Assembly: GCA_963767735.1 (NCBI GenBank)
Contig: CAVYES010000006.1
Coordinates: forward strand, 96,001-160,000
DNA: 64,000 nt
Reading direction: 5' to 3'
From: Candidatus Bathyarchaeota archaeon
GTDB lineage: Archaea > Thermoproteota > Bathyarchaeia > Bathyarchaeales > Bathycorpusculaceae
The notes under the pieces were generated by a model. That model made no database searches. It saw only the letters and a program-made list of their open reading frames with translations, and was not told the DNA's origin. The position numbers and the translations under genes are program-made. Positions 30,567 to 41,428 of this stretch are shown in pieces (positions within the stretch are counted from its first letter, which is position 1; every line of letters begins with the position of its first letter).

Positions 30567-31319
30567 ATGACAACAGAAAGGCAGTTAGAAATGAATAAGT
30601 TGACTATCGCTGGTTTGATATTCGTTATGTTGCTAGCAGCATTATTCACAGGATGGGCAATTCTCTGCGAGAATTCACAACCACAATTCACAGGGCGACC
30701 AGTGGAGGAGGGATTGGCGATTGAACCTACGGCTATGACTAAAAACAACAACCTCTACAATATTTCTATAACAATCAATGCGTCTTTACCTGAAACAATA
30801 AACAAACTTCAACTCAACGAAAACATAACAGGCTTAACAACCTACGTAAATGGGACAACAGTAAACACGGCAAATCCCCTTCAAATCAAATTAAACAGCG
30901 GCGACTCAATCGAAGTTAACCTTACAATGCCCTGCGATGAGTATTCTTCAGTAAATGAAATCACTGTAATTTCAACTGATGCTATGTACTATACGGTACT
31001 GCCATCATCGTTTCAGCCGAATCTTGTCTCAGATTTAGGTTGGTACTTACATAACAGCACAGACCCAGTATCTAACATGGCTAACAAGTTCACAATTTAT
31101 GGTGATATTCGCAATCAAGGTGCGACAAATGCGCAAAATTGTAGTTTAATTATAAAGTTTTACAATAACGAAGAATTGCTTCAAACTTCAAATATCCCAA
31201 TTGGCGAAATTAGCGGATTCGACGGTTGTGCTTATTTGAATTCAACAAATGTTCCTTGTGGTGTTGCTGACTCCGTAACAAAAACAGAAGTCTCCTTAAG
31301 GGGAGATAATGTTTCGTAA
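30567..31319 (+). CDS. Membrane-anchored secreted protein
   Basis: N-terminal TM; C-terminal I.G.I.N.G...A.N domain resembling the 12289/15223 paralogs. Confidence 0.75.
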   Translation: MTTERQLEMNKLTIAGLIFVMLLAALFTGWAILCENSQPQFTGRPVEEGLAIEPTAMTKNNNLYNISITINASLPETINKLQLNENITGLTTYVNGTTVNTANPLQIKLNSGDSIEVNLTMPCDEYSSVNEITVISTDAMYYTVLPSSFQPNLVSDLGWYLHNSTDPVSNMANKFTIYGDIRNQGATNAQNCSLIIKFYNNEELLQTSNIPIGEISGFDGCAYLNSTNVPCGVADSVTKTEVSLRGDNVS

Positions 31320-31909
31320 AGAGAGATATGACAATCCAAAAAACGGTCCATGCAGGAAAACAGAGCCATCTTAGGTCATAAAATTTTGGCTTTGTAATTT
31401 TAGTATGACACTGATTAATTGACTCTAGAAATATGGAAGAAAAAAGTCAAGCTCGGTTTTCCAACCTTTTTCTTCAGGCATTATTCACAAGAATTATTCA
31501 TTAAGAAAACTGGATTTTCTAGAAGTGAAGTTTACATGTTAAACTGGGATTTTGAGTTCTAATCGAATCCTATACGCCACGAATGCGAATGATCCGAAGA
31601 TTGTTGCTATTGACACCAAATCTAATAGTCCAAACATATTTTCACCATTTTGTTTTATACTTAGTTACTTGCACAGTTAAATATAAATCAGATTGTGATT
31701 TGTTCATAATTATTCATAATAGATTGACGCACGTCTAAAAAAACAAGAAAAAGGTATCGAAGCTCTGGCTAAAAGAGAAAAAGAAGAGAGTGGATAAAAA
31801 ATTATGATGAATAAAGAGATGATTGATGATTACTCAATTTATTCTCAGATGATTTGCTGGAAGAGCCTTAAATAACCCCTCCTAGAAATAAGACACCTGT
31901 GTAAGAGAA

Positions 31910-32203
31910 ATGAAGAGCGAAAAGAAAAAAATAATCATTGAATCATGCGACCCTGTCCTTAAGACAACGATAAAAATTCCTTCGAACGAAACGGTTATTG
32001 TTGGAAATCAAGGAGCAATTTTGGTTCCTGAGTTGAACATTTTACCGATACAAGGTGTTGGTAACAAAGATATTGTATGTGATAATGAAAACTGCCTTTA
32101 CATGCTGGCAAAAGACGTTACCGAAAATCAAATATTAGTTTCTATCAAATGCCCATCCTGTGGAACAATAAGGAAGTCAGAAAAGGCAAAATTGAGTAAG
32201 TAG
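31910..32203 (+). CDS. Small Zn-ribbon-like protein
   Basis: CDNENC...CPSCG cysteine pairs. Confidence 0.6.
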   Translation: MKSEKKKIIIESCDPVLKTTIKIPSNETVIVGNQGAILVPELNILPIQGVGNKDIVCDNENCLYMLAKDVTENQILVSIKCPSCGTIRKSEKAKLSK

Positions 32204-32314
32204 CTGTTGGTAAAGAGAACATGTAAGTAGAGAATCATTGGTTTTCTAGACCGGAATTGTTAAGAAAGAAGATGTTAGAGGGAAAGGAATACTTAAAAAT
32301 ACAGGTGTAAAAGT

Positions 32315-33031
32315 TTGAGAGAGGTAGCAATCCAATTTGAGGGTTTTTCTTCTTATAATGACTTCCTTAGAAATGGCAGAATTACGGTTGGTAATGAGAT
32401 AGAAATGTCAAAAGGAGTCATTCTAAGATATGAAGGAACAAGGCTTTGTGAATCAGTGGATGCGCCATCCATAACCCAATTAACGCTTTTCATAAGCATC
32501 GATGTGATGCTGCCGATTGCATTGGGCTTGGTTTCAAGTTGGATTTACGATAAAATTAAAGACGAAAAAACATGCACTGTTAGAATTAATGGAATTGAGG
32601 CTAAGGTAGACAAGCAAAAGATATCAGAATTATTGGCGATGGAGCTGCAAGAAAAGCCCGACTTCAAGGAGCATACTTTAAACTTGGCACTTGCCGCCAT
32701 CGACGAAGGAGAATTATTAATGTCTGCTCGTACACTGTCGGGCAAGCCAATATCGTTTGATGGAAAGCGGCTCCCTTACCCGGATAACATGGTTTCTTTT
32801 GCCGATTACAAACAAAACCATACAATTGAAACGATAGTTTACATAAGAGATGACGTATTAAACGCTTTTTTTGATAGAGAATTGCAGTTGTTTGCAATAG
32901 CTAATAGAGACGAAGCGTTTGGCAAAAGAGTTTTCTTCGAGTCTTTATCTTTGTACTCGAATAATATTCCTTCAAGCGTCAAAGTTGAAATAATATCAAA
33001 CAAAGAAAAGAATAATACGGGTAAACAATGA
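32315..33031 (+). CDS. Hypothetical protein
   Basis: 238-aa ORF in AT-rich DNA with AGGTG RBS. Confidence 0.6.
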   Translation: MREVAIQFEGFSSYNDFLRNGRITVGNEIEMSKGVILRYEGTRLCESVDAPSITQLTLFISIDVMLPIALGLVSSWIYDKIKDEKTCTVRINGIEAKVDKQKISELLAMELQEKPDFKEHTLNLALAAIDEGELLMSARTLSGKPISFDGKRLPYPDNMVSFADYKQNHTIETIVYIRDDVLNAFFDRELQLFAIANRDEAFGKRVFFESLSLYSNNIPSSVKVEIISNKEKNNTGKQ

Positions 33032-33256
33032 AATGAAAGCCATACTTCCGATAGATTAACTGGTTGAAATTATGATTCTAAAAGACTTTTCATGTTTTTT
33101 CTTGATAACGAATTTGATGATGAACTGATAAACTGAGAATATTGAGTGTTTACTAGAGGAATTACAAGGTATTCATCAAGTATTTGACCACTATTATAGC
33201 AGATGTTAGCATCAAAATACTCGATTAGCAGTGGTTGAAGTACTTCTTTCAGGATT

Positions 33257-33686
33257 CTAATCCAATGAAGGGATTATTTGTTTTTGTTCCTGTTCTACTT
33301 CTCTGTCTTCTATTTCTAATGGGAAAATTTGCCAATGCGTTTGTATTACTACAATGCCGTATGATTCAATTAATTTACGAAGTTGATATGGTACATGAGG
33401 AATTATTAGAACCCGCTTGCCAAGGTGGTTGAGGTCTATTTTCTTGTACTCTTTTAACAAATCATCGATTTGGTCTGGAAGGAAGTCATGAATAGATGTG
33501 AGTGCCCAATTCTTTATTGATAAAACGCAGAATTGTCCACCCGTTTTTAGAATTTCAATAGCAAACTCAACAGCAGTTTTTTTTCCATTCCAAATGAGTT
33601 TTGTATTGTGAAATAAAAGGTCTTCATCGCCACAAGTTATCCCTGTGGGTAAGTTAGTCTCAAACAAAATTCCTGTTGATAACATA
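33257..33686 (-). CDS. Hypothetical protein (start uncertain; ORF opens at 33898), possibly degenerate nuclease fold
   Basis: Open frame with SIKNW...KRVLII...GIVVIQT..QI; upstream part overlaps the GT39 gene. Confidence 0.4.
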
Positions 33687-33803
33687 AACAAATGGGCAAA
33701 AAACGTGGCTGTGCAAACAAAAAACCCGTTGAACCAGCATTTTAAACGGTACCCCTCTTTGTCTTTACAGTTTTTAAGCGTGTTCAGATAATATACGTGG
33801 CAG

Positions 33804-35174
33804 ATGAAGCAAAATAGTACTCCTGTGGCTGGCTTGCGCAGGCTGTTATGTAGCAATTTCTCATTGCTAAGCATCCTTATCGGCTCAGGCTTATTCACGT
33901 TTGCCGCGGGACCCTTCTTTAACAGCGATTCAACGCTTGAATTTCAAGTTGCCTCAAACGTTATAAAAACCGGCATGCCCTACATGCAGACGGGTTACCT
34001 TCTTAACCAGCCGCCCCTGGGATTCTACATTGACTCCATATGTTTTCGCCTGGTCGGCTTGTCTTTTAGCAACGGCGCAGCATTCATAACGCTTTTTGGC
34101 TTGGGCAGCGTACTGCTGGTTTACCTCATTGGCAAAGAATGGTATGGCAAAACAACAGGTTTGTTTGCCGCAGCAATTTTCGCCCTAACGCCCTGGCAAC
34201 TGGTCTTCTCAAGAACGTTTCTCATCGATGCCCAATGCCTCTTTTTCAGCCTACTCTCGTTGCTCGTAGGCGTTTACGCGGTCAAGCGGGATTCAACTAA
34301 GCTTTTCATGGCGTCCGCCGTCATTTTTAGTTTGGCGTTTGCAACAAAACTCTACGCTGTCTTCATGCTTGTCCCACTAGCCCTATTCTACTTCCGCTAC
34401 AGGCAGAAAAGCCTAAAGCGCCCCTACGTGGTTTTAGCGTTTTTTGTGCCTCTGGTCATTTTTAGTTTTGCCTGGTACCAGTTTATCTGCCAGGGAAGCG
34501 TGATTAACCTGTTCCGTCATGATGATTTTACCCATTTTAACCCTTCCAACGGCATGCCCTCACCTTTCTTCGCAGCAAACTACCTGTGGATCAATTTAGG
34601 CGGGTTCATCTTGGCTGCAACCGCGTTTTCCATCGCCGTCTCCCTGGGACAAAAGCAGCTTTTCAAAAAAACCCTTCCCCTTGACCTGATATGCTTAGCT
34701 ACAATAGTAGCGGTGGCGGGAGTCGACACTTTCATGGGTGTAGCATTAAACTATCAAGCGCCTTTCACGGGCGCGGTAAAATACAATTATCAACTTCTGC
34801 CATTCATCTGCCTGCTTGCAGCCTCAATTATAAGCAAATTCCAAACGCTTTTCGGCACATTAAAAAAGAAGCTTAATCCCTCGCTCCTTTTTTTTGCGGT
34901 GGCCGCGGTCGGCGTTGCCCTGTTTCTTAAGGCTCTTTTTGAGGACTTCCGCAACGTGAGCTTGTATTCGGAATTGGATTACTTGGTTTTTTGGGCGCAG
35001 AGGCTCACCGCAGGCTATTCATTTAGAAGTTCTGCGCCTATCAGCCCGCTGAGCGCTTTGGCGCATGTTCAGTACTTGGGGTTTGCATTGGTTCTTTCAG
35101 GCTTAACTTGGGCAGTGCTAAACGATAAACCACTAAACGAAGCTTTTGAAAAAATCAGGGTCAGATTGGGGTAG
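33804..35174 (+). CDS. ArnT/PMT-like GT-C glycosyltransferase (family 39)
   Basis: QPPL.FY, LVYLIGK..YG...GL.AA, SR...ID, LAFATK; many TM helices. Confidence 0.9.
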   Translation: MKQNSTPVAGLRRLLCSNFSLLSILIGSGLFTFAAGPFFNSDSTLEFQVASNVIKTGMPYMQTGYLLNQPPLGFYIDSICFRLVGLSFSNGAAFITLFGLGSVLLVYLIGKEWYGKTTGLFAAAIFALTPWQLVFSRTFLIDAQCLFFSLLSLLVGVYAVKRDSTKLFMASAVIFSLAFATKLYAVFMLVPLALFYFRYRQKSLKRPYVVLAFFVPLVIFSFAWYQFICQGSVINLFRHDDFTHFNPSNGMPSPFFAANYLWINLGGFILAATAFSIAVSLGQKQLFKKTLPLDLICLATIVAVAGVDTFMGVALNYQAPFTGAVKYNYQLLPFICLLAASIISKFQTLFGTLKKKLNPSLLFFAVAAVGVALFLKALFEDFRNVSLYSELDYLVFWAQRLTAGYSFRSSAPISPLSALAHVQYLGFALVLSGLTWAVLNDKPLNEAFEKIRVRLG

Positions 35175-35175
35175 G

Positions 35176-35630
35176 CTAGCTTTTGGCGTTTAACAGATTT
35201 CTGGCCATTCCTGCGGCTATGTTTAAACAGTGAATGTCGCCGTTGTCTGTGCCTACGTAGACGCTCCAGTTATAGATGGCTGGTGACGACCACACTTCAT
35301 TTCCAGCTGGATATTTCCATACTGTTTCCCCATTGGAGGCGTTGAGGCAGTAAACTTGGCTATCCCTTGAGCCTACAAAAACGTAGCCTTCCACGACCGC
35401 AGGGGATGACTGCACCATTCGCCTGTTGTGTAATTCCACAAGAGTTAGCCGAGTTGGTTTGGCTGTTTTCAGTCGCGAGACCGTTTGTGGTTTGGATTTT
35501 GGCGGAACATTGTCCAATCGTTGATGCTGGAACTGGCGCTGCTGCCTGAAGCTGCCGACATGCAAATTGATATAACTAGAATGACACAAATGAGGCTAAT
35601 TAGTAGCCAGTTGAGTTTTCGCATTGCCAT
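35176..35630 (-). pseudogene. Truncated, frameshifted PQQ-like propeller gene
   Basis: Signal peptide and DWTMFRQNP in one frame; two SSPA/YCLN repeats in another; then truncated. Confidence 0.8.
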
Positions 35631-35785
35631 CCTTACAATTGACCACATGTAAAATTAGAATATTAAACTAATTGAACTTCGAGACGCATTTGTTTGGGTC
35701 CCAGTAGACCAGCCACCTTACCGAAATGTTTCTTGTGCTAAAATTTTAGATGTAGAAAAATAATTGATTGGCGTTGCTGTTTATG

Positions 35786-38218
35786 TTAATGCTGTTTCCA
35801 GAATCTTTTAGCTGTTTCAAACGCTTTTTTTGGATTTAGATACTTTGATAGCTGATATGTTTTCTTTGATAGTTGATATAGAAGGCTGCTTATTGCTATG
35901 GCGAAAGCTGGGAAAGCTGGAAGAATATACCAGAAAAGTTTTGACTGAGCAAAAGTAAACACCGCAAGCACAAGTGACATCCAAAGGAGAATTAAAGTGT
36001 CCTCTTTGAAACGCTTGATAACCGCCTTGAATGCGCAGAGTCCCGCAGCGAAAGGCAGCAATACTACCCAAAGTAGGTTTTCGTTATTGGCTAAATAATT
36101 AAAATAGTAAAGGTAATTTCCGACGTGACCCTCAACGGTACCAACTGTTCGCGTAACGTCATCGTACACAAAATACCAGTACCAGAACTGTGATCCAAAA
36201 CGGGCGTTCATATAGATTAGCCATGGAGAAAAAACCAGAATACCTACTCCCCAAAAAAGGGTAAAGTGTTTTGTTAGGAGAAACCTGATGTTTCTGCGTG
36301 TTGCGATGAGATACGTGAAGATGATTAGTGGAATGAGTAAGGCTTCTATCTGTTTTGTCATTAGCGCCAACCCGAAAAATAAGCCGCTTAACGCTGCGTA
36401 ACGGTAGGGTTTTTCTGTTTTTTCGCTTAAAACAAAAAAGTACAAGCTGCCCAAAATAAAGAAAACTAGTGGAACATCGGTCATTGCGAGTCGTGCAAAC
36501 ACGTAGAAGGTTGTAAATGTGCCTAAAACTATAGCTGACAGAAATCCTACGTAGACATTGTAGAGTTTTTTTCCTAAATAGAAGACAAGCACCAAAGATA
36601 ACGTGCCAAATACGGCGCTGAAAAACCTTGACGAGAAATTGTTAACGCCGAAGATCTGGTAGGAAAGAGATATCACCCACATGCTAAGAGGCGGCTTGCC
36701 TGACCAAAATAACCCGCCAAAAGCCCATGGGGTTAGGTAATCTCCTGTTTTAACCATGTGGTATGCCCATTGAGAGTACGTTTGCTCGTCGGTAGCCCAA
36801 AGATGTCCGCTTCCTAAATTTACGAAGAATATTGTTGAAAAACCCAGAATTGCCAAAACACAAAGCGAATCGGTGTGTGCTGAAAACCAAGATTGATTTT
36901 GGTCAGAAATCTTTGAGGCTTCAGCGTTTCGCTTAGCCCGTCTAGTTGAGCGAACAAATAGGCTAACTGCAAAAACAATCACGACCACTACGGAACCCGC
37001 AATCATATCAAATGCAATCGTGATCCACGCTGGAGCGCTAGTAGAGTGCAAAAGTGTTGTTCCAGTATTCGAATAGGATAAGGCAAAAGCGTAGATGTGA
37101 TTGTCATCGGAACCCACGTATAGGGTATTGTTGGCGATGGCTGGTGAGGAGTCCACGAAATTTCCAGTTTGGTAACTCCATTGCTTTGTTCCCGTGGTGG
37201 CGTTGAGGCAGTAGATGTTGTTGTCTTCTGACCCGACGTAGACGTTGCCGTTTGCAACTGCAGGTGAAGACAAGACCCAGTACCCTGTTGGAGTTTGCCA
37301 TATTTTCTGGCCGTTTGTTGCGTTTAGGCAGTAGATGTTGTTGTCTTCTGAGCCTATGTAGATGCATCCGTAGGCGACGGCTGGCGAAGAGGTTACTGAA
37401 TCTTGGGTTTGAAATTTCCAAATCTGAGCGCCTGTGGAAGCATTCAAACCACAAACGTAGCCGTCGTATGAGCCTATGTAAACGTAACCGTCGTATACAC
37501 TAGGAGACGAGATTGTGGTTCCAGTGTGGTGGTTCCATATCTGGCTACCTGTAGATGCATTAAGAGCGTAAACTAAAAAGTTCGAGGCAACGTACACTAC
37601 GCCGTCTGAGACGGCAGGCGACGACTCAACCTGGCCACCAGTAGTGCAATTCCATAGTCGATTGCCGTTTGTAGCGTTCAAAGCATAAACGTTGCCGTCA
37701 TAGGAGCCAATGTAGACTACGCCTCCAACAACGGCAGGAGACGAATAAAAACTGCCCGAAGCCGGCTCAACAATGCTGCCAATAGTGTAATTCCAGAGAA
37801 CTGCGCCGTTTGTAGCGTTCAAAGCATAAACGTTGCCGTTAAAGGAGCCTACGTAGACTCGCCCGTTATAGAGGGTAGGTGACGACCCGACTGCACTTCC
37901 AGTATTGTAGTACCATACTAATTCGCCGTTGGAAGAATTGAGACAGTAAACAGCCCCGTCGTAGGAACCTACGTAAACGAAGCCGTTAGCTACTGCAGGC
38001 GAAGAGAAAACGCTCGCCATAGTTGTGAAATTCCACAGGAGTTTGGCGGAATTCATTGAACCATTACCAACTGCAGTGCCGCTGTGGCTTGGGTTATCAC
38101 GAAACATCGTCCAATCGCTGCTGGGATTGGTGCTGGCACATGAGGCAACCGAGATGCAGCATGACAAAATTAAAAGAAGAGAAATAATGACTATTAGTGT
38201 CAGCTTGTGGTTTCTCAA
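35786..38218 (-). CDS. PQQ-like beta-propeller fused to an ArnT/GT39 glycosyltransferase
   Basis: Residues about 30-380 are propeller repeats, then a TM helix, then DE..Y...A..M...GDY.TP, KPPL, R..SA, ARLAMTD, LA.MTK, K..WYILP.FPA. Confidence 0.93.
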   Translation of the reverse strand: MRNHKLTLIVIISLLLILSCCISVASCASTNPSSDWTMFRDNPSHSGTAVGNGSMNSAKLLWNFTTMASVFSSPAVANGFVYVGSYDGAVYCLNSSNGELVWYYNTGSAVGSSPTLYNGRVYVGSFNGNVYALNATNGAVLWNYTIGSIVEPASGSFYSSPAVVGGVVYIGSYDGNVYALNATNGNRLWNCTTGGQVESSPAVSDGVVYVASNFLVYALNASTGSQIWNHHTGTTISSPSVYDGYVYIGSYDGYVCGLNASTGAQIWKFQTQDSVTSSPAVAYGCIYIGSEDNNIYCLNATNGQKIWQTPTGYWVLSSPAVANGNVYVGSEDNNIYCLNATTGTKQWSYQTGNFVDSSPAIANNTLYVGSDDNHIYAFALSYSNTGTTLLHSTSAPAWITIAFDMIAGSVVVVIVFAVSLFVRSTRRAKRNAEASKISDQNQSWFSAHTDSLCVLAILGFSTIFFVNLGSGHLWATDEQTYSQWAYHMVKTGDYLTPWAFGGLFWSGKPPLSMWVISLSYQIFGVNNFSSRFFSAVFGTLSLVLVFYLGKKLYNVYVGFLSAIVLGTFTTFYVFARLAMTDVPLVFFILGSLYFFVLSEKTEKPYRYAALSGLFFGLALMTKQIEALLIPLIIFTYLIATRRNIRFLLTKHFTLFWGVGILVFSPWLIYMNARFGSQFWYWYFVYDDVTRTVGTVEGHVGNYLYYFNYLANNENLLWVVLLPFAAGLCAFKAVIKRFKEDTLILLWMSLVLAVFTFAQSKLFWYILPAFPAFAIAISSLLYQLSKKTYQLSKYLNPKKAFETAKRFWKQH

Positions 38219-38309
38219 TTGCCATTTCTCACAAGTGTAAGCACATGTAAGAGTAGAGATATTAAACTAATTGGACTTAGAGGTAAGAAGGCGCTTTCTG
38301 GGTTCAGGG

Positions 38310-39788
38310 TCAAAATAAGTTTCTTATATATTTCAAAATGAGTTGTGGCTGATCAAATGCTTCCTTCAATGACTTCCGTGGATTTTTAATAAGATTCAAT
38401 AAAGATAATTTCTTATACTCCTCAAGCGCCTTGGACGCTATCTCCTTCACTTCTTGAGCGGTAAAATCTTCAGTTGAAATCAACGGCATGCCCTTCGGTT
38501 GACGTGCTTCGGCAAAAGAGTTCCAAGTCAAATCTTCCTGAATGTACCCTTCTGCTTTACACTCATCATACAATCTTGTCCCGTATGAGGGTGTAGCGAT
38601 AAAGAGGTGCATGCCAACGTCAAAATCGCGTTTAAGCTTTAAAGCAAAATCAACGGTTTTCTGCATGTTCTCTTTCTTTTCGCCTGGAAAGCCAATAATA
38701 TAGAATGCGCCTGTTTTCAGATCGATGTCTTTGCAGATTTTTGCAACTTCAACTACGCGGTTCAAGTCTAGGCTCTTGCAGATTACATCGTTTAAGATTT
38801 GTTGGTCGCCTGACTCAACGCCGAAAAAGACGCTTTGGCAACCTGATTTTTTCATTTTTTCCAGCAGACTCAAGTTTAAACAGTCTGCTCGGACTCCATT
38901 TGGCGTTTCCCAACCGATCTTGATTTTTTTCTCAATTAAGCCGTTGCAGATGGCTTCGAACCTTGCAAGGTCAAAGGTTAAGTTGTCATCTTCAAAGAAA
39001 ATGTTTTTAACATTAAATTTTTCCACAACAAACTGGATATGGTTGAGAACGTAACTTGCGGAGTGCGCCCTAAACTGCTTGCCCATGTGCAAATGGACCG
39101 AACAGAAACAGCAGTTAAAGGGGCAACCTCTGCTGGTGATCATGGATATTGCCCTGTTTCTGAAGCTGCGGTAACCTATCTTTTTTGGGCTGAGGTATTG
39201 TTCCATATCTACTAGGTCGTATGCTGGGTAGGGAAGCTCATCCAAGTTTTCGATGAAAGGTCTCGGGGAATTTACTTTGACTTCTCCATCCTTACGGTAG
39301 GCGACGCCGAGAATTTCGTTTAACTGTTTTTTTCCTTCAAAATGCTGCGCTAAATCAAGCATTGCGTATTCGCCTTCGCCTGTAACTGCAACGTCAACGT
39401 TTTTTGCTTCTTCAAGAAAGTCTTTTGGAACCGTGGTTACGTGTGGACCGCCCACAACTGTTAAAATGCTTTGGTCAACTTGCTTGGCTAAATTGCTTAT
39501 TTTAACCGAATTTTCTATTTGGCAAGTGAATGGTCCTGCCACACCAACAATATCGGGTTTCCGACTGTAAATTTCCTGCTTTATGTGCTCAAAAGGCATG
39601 CCAACGTTTATGGTTTCGCCATTTTTCAGGAATTTGCCATCGCTCATAAAAGCATCTAAAATTTCAGTTTTGTAATCTGCCTTCTCAAGTACTGCAGCGA
39701 TGTACATTAAGCCAAGAGGCAGATTGCCTGCCGGCTGATCAGAACCTGGATAAAATACCTGCGGCGGATTGATGAGAAGCACTTTCAT
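38310..39788 (-). CDS. B12-binding radical SAM protein
   Basis: PLGLMYIAA, VGGPH, GEGE, TSRGCPFNCCFC, FEDDN, FGVESG, IIGFPGE. Confidence 0.95.
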   Translation of the reverse strand: MKVLLINPPQVFYPGSDQPAGNLPLGLMYIAAVLEKADYKTEILDAFMSDGKFLKNGETINVGMPFEHIKQEIYSRKPDIVGVAGPFTCQIENSVKISNLAKQVDQSILTVVGGPHVTTVPKDFLEEAKNVDVAVTGEGEYAMLDLAQHFEGKKQLNEILGVAYRKDGEVKVNSPRPFIENLDELPYPAYDLVDMEQYLSPKKIGYRSFRNRAISMITSRGCPFNCCFCSVHLHMGKQFRAHSASYVLNHIQFVVEKFNVKNIFFEDDNLTFDLARFEAICNGLIEKKIKIGWETPNGVRADCLNLSLLEKMKKSGCQSVFFGVESGDQQILNDVICKSLDLNRVVEVAKICKDIDLKTGAFYIIGFPGEKKENMQKTVDFALKLKRDFDVGMHLFIATPSYGTRLYDECKAEGYIQEDLTWNSFAEARQPKGMPLISTEDFTAQEVKEIASKALEEYKKLSLLNLIKNPRKSLKEAFDQPQLILKYIRNLF

Positions 39789-40030
39789 TAAGGTTACCCA
39801 ATGATTATAAAGTTGACCTGCCCGAGATATTTAAATTAACTTGCGAATCTATTTGCCATTGAATATTGCTGTTGGTTAGCTGTTTTTTTGTATATTTCTT
39901 CATATGAAATAATCTTCCATTTTTGCTTAGTTGGCATGTTGCTGTTATACTACAATCACATAAGTTTATGAGCGGTCATTCGGCTCTACTCTTAATAACT
40001 TTTCCCTTGTTTAATAGGAGGTGACTTTTT

Positions 40031-40348
40031 TTGAGTATACGTGAAGAAAACAGAAAAGGCAAGATGACTGTTGCGGAGGCAGGAAGGAAAGGCGGCGAAA
40101 AAACCGCTCAAACTCATGGACGAGAGTTTTATGAGGAAATCGGTCGCAAAGGTGGCGAGAAAGTTTCCCAAGAGCGAGGTCCAGAATTCTATAGTGAAAT
40201 AGGCAGCAAAGGTGGTTCTGAGCGGGCTAAGCAGCATGAAGGTACGAGCGAAGCTATGGGAAAAACAAGCCTTGAAGAAGCAGGTCATAGAGGTGGACAA
40301 AGAGTCCGGAAACTAATTCAAGCGGGCAAAGAGCATGAAGAAGAATAA
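40031..40348 (+). CDS. KGG-repeat stress hydrophilin (GsiB/YciG/Em-like), copy 1
   Basis: EAGRKGG, FYEEIGRKGG, FYSEIGSKGG, EAGHRGG; GGAGGTGA RBS and TTG start. Confidence 0.92.
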   Translation: MSIREENRKGKMTVAEAGRKGGEKTAQTHGREFYEEIGRKGGEKVSQERGPEFYSEIGSKGGSERAKQHEGTSEAMGKTSLEEAGHRGGQRVRKLIQAGKEHEEE

Positions 40349-40435
40349 AAAAAGCTTATTTTTGTAACCGCTTGTTAATTTTCCCTTTCTTTAGATATCA
40401 ACTGCTTTGTTTTTTTTTAGTGGAGGTGAACGACG

Positions 40436-40630
40436 TTGTCGAGAGAGGAGAGAAAAGGTAAAATGACCGTTGAAGAAGCCGGAAGGAAAGGCGGACTGAA
40501 AACAGCTGAAACTCATGGAGAAGAATTCTATAGTGAAATTGGCCGTAAGGGTGGCAAAATAGGCGGACCGAAAGGTGGGCAAAGAGTCCGTAAACTTGTT
40601 GAAGCGGGAAAAGCCCACGAAGAAGAATAG
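40436..40630 (+). CDS. KGG-repeat stress hydrophilin, copy 2
   Basis: MTVEEAGRKGG...FYSEIGRKGG; GGAGGTGA RBS and TTG start. Confidence 0.92.
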   Translation: MSREERKGKMTVEEAGRKGGLKTAETHGEEFYSEIGRKGGKIGGPKGGQRVRKLVEAGKAHEEE

Positions 40631-40874
40631 AAAAAACCACGTTGGAACTTAATTAAAATTTGAAGGCTATTCGAGATTTTTCCACGTTTGAGTTTTGACT
40701 TAATTTATGGGTCTAAATTCCTTTTTAATCTGAAAAAAAGCTCTTCTAGTTGTTGCTGTGCTCAGACAGCCACATATATTTAAAAGGTTTGCTTCGGGCT
40801 AGAAAATTAAGAAAGCGACTATTTGTCGGCGGTGTTGCAAAAAGCGTGAACATGCTCTTTGGAGGTGATATTTT

Positions 40875-41132
40875 TTGAGTGAATTGAGAAAGAAGGGCAA
40901 GATGACTGTTGCGGAGGCTGGTCGGTTGGGTGGAGAGAAGACGTCTGAGACTCATGGGTCTGAATTTTACAGTGCAATCGGCAGCAAAGGTGGTTCTCAG
41001 CGAGCAAAGCAGCATGAAGGTACATTGGAAGCAAGAGGAAAAACAAGTCTTGAAGAAGCAGGTCATAGAGGAGGACAAAAAGTTCGCAGGCTTATTCAAG
41101 CAGGAAAGGAATACGGGGAAGGAGAAGAATAA
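40875..41132 (+). CDS. KGG-repeat stress hydrophilin, copy 3
   Basis: Like copy 1 minus one repeat; GGAGGTGA RBS and TTG start. Confidence 0.92.
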   Translation: MSELRKKGKMTVAEAGRLGGEKTSETHGSEFYSAIGSKGGSQRAKQHEGTLEARGKTSLEEAGHRGGQKVRRLIQAGKEYGEGEE

Positions 41133-41237
41133 AATTTTTAAGGAATTTTAAGCATTTTTGGGATTTTAAAGCATTTTGGGTTCCAAATGTGTTTTGTTTT
41201 CCTTAATAAGTGCTTAACTGAAAGAAAACTCATCGAG

Positions 41238-41385
41238 CGTTGAAGAAGTTGCGAGGAAAGGCACGCGGAAAAGCGGCGCAAGATCTGTGAGGCACATAAG
41301 TGAGATTTCTGTTAATAAAATAATGTAGTAAGGTTTTCGCGTCGGGAAATAATGCGAGCGTAGGGCAAGAGATTGGCCGCAGGTT
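41238..41385 (+). pseudogene. Possible degenerate KGG copy
   Basis: GTTGAAGAAGTTGCGAGGAAAGGC (VEEVARKG) and GAGATTGGCCGCAGG (EIGRR) with stops between them. Confidence 0.4.
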
Positions 41386-41428
41386 AATTTTTGAAGATTT
41401 TTTTCATGAAATTTAGTTTATCTTATTT

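Larger units (their letters stand above)
5027..33800. mobile_element. tRNA-adjacent genomic island or decayed provirus with a surface-protein array (right boundary approximate)
   Basis: Begins directly after tRNA-Arg; contains terminase genes, ORFans, pseudogenes, an IS110 remnant and AT-rich low-coding stretches. No att duplication or adjacent integrase was seen. Confidence 0.65.

Noticed and set aside
16954-38218. CRISPR or DGR interpretation of recurring DNA repeats
   Set aside because: The repeats are in-frame propeller blades; there is no spacer periodicity, no cas or reverse transcriptase gene, and I saw no adenine-specific TR/VR pair.
41146-41182. Short imperfect tandem repeat TTTTAAGCATTTTTGGGA
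   Set aside because: Only two low-complexity copies; probably slippage in a terminator region.
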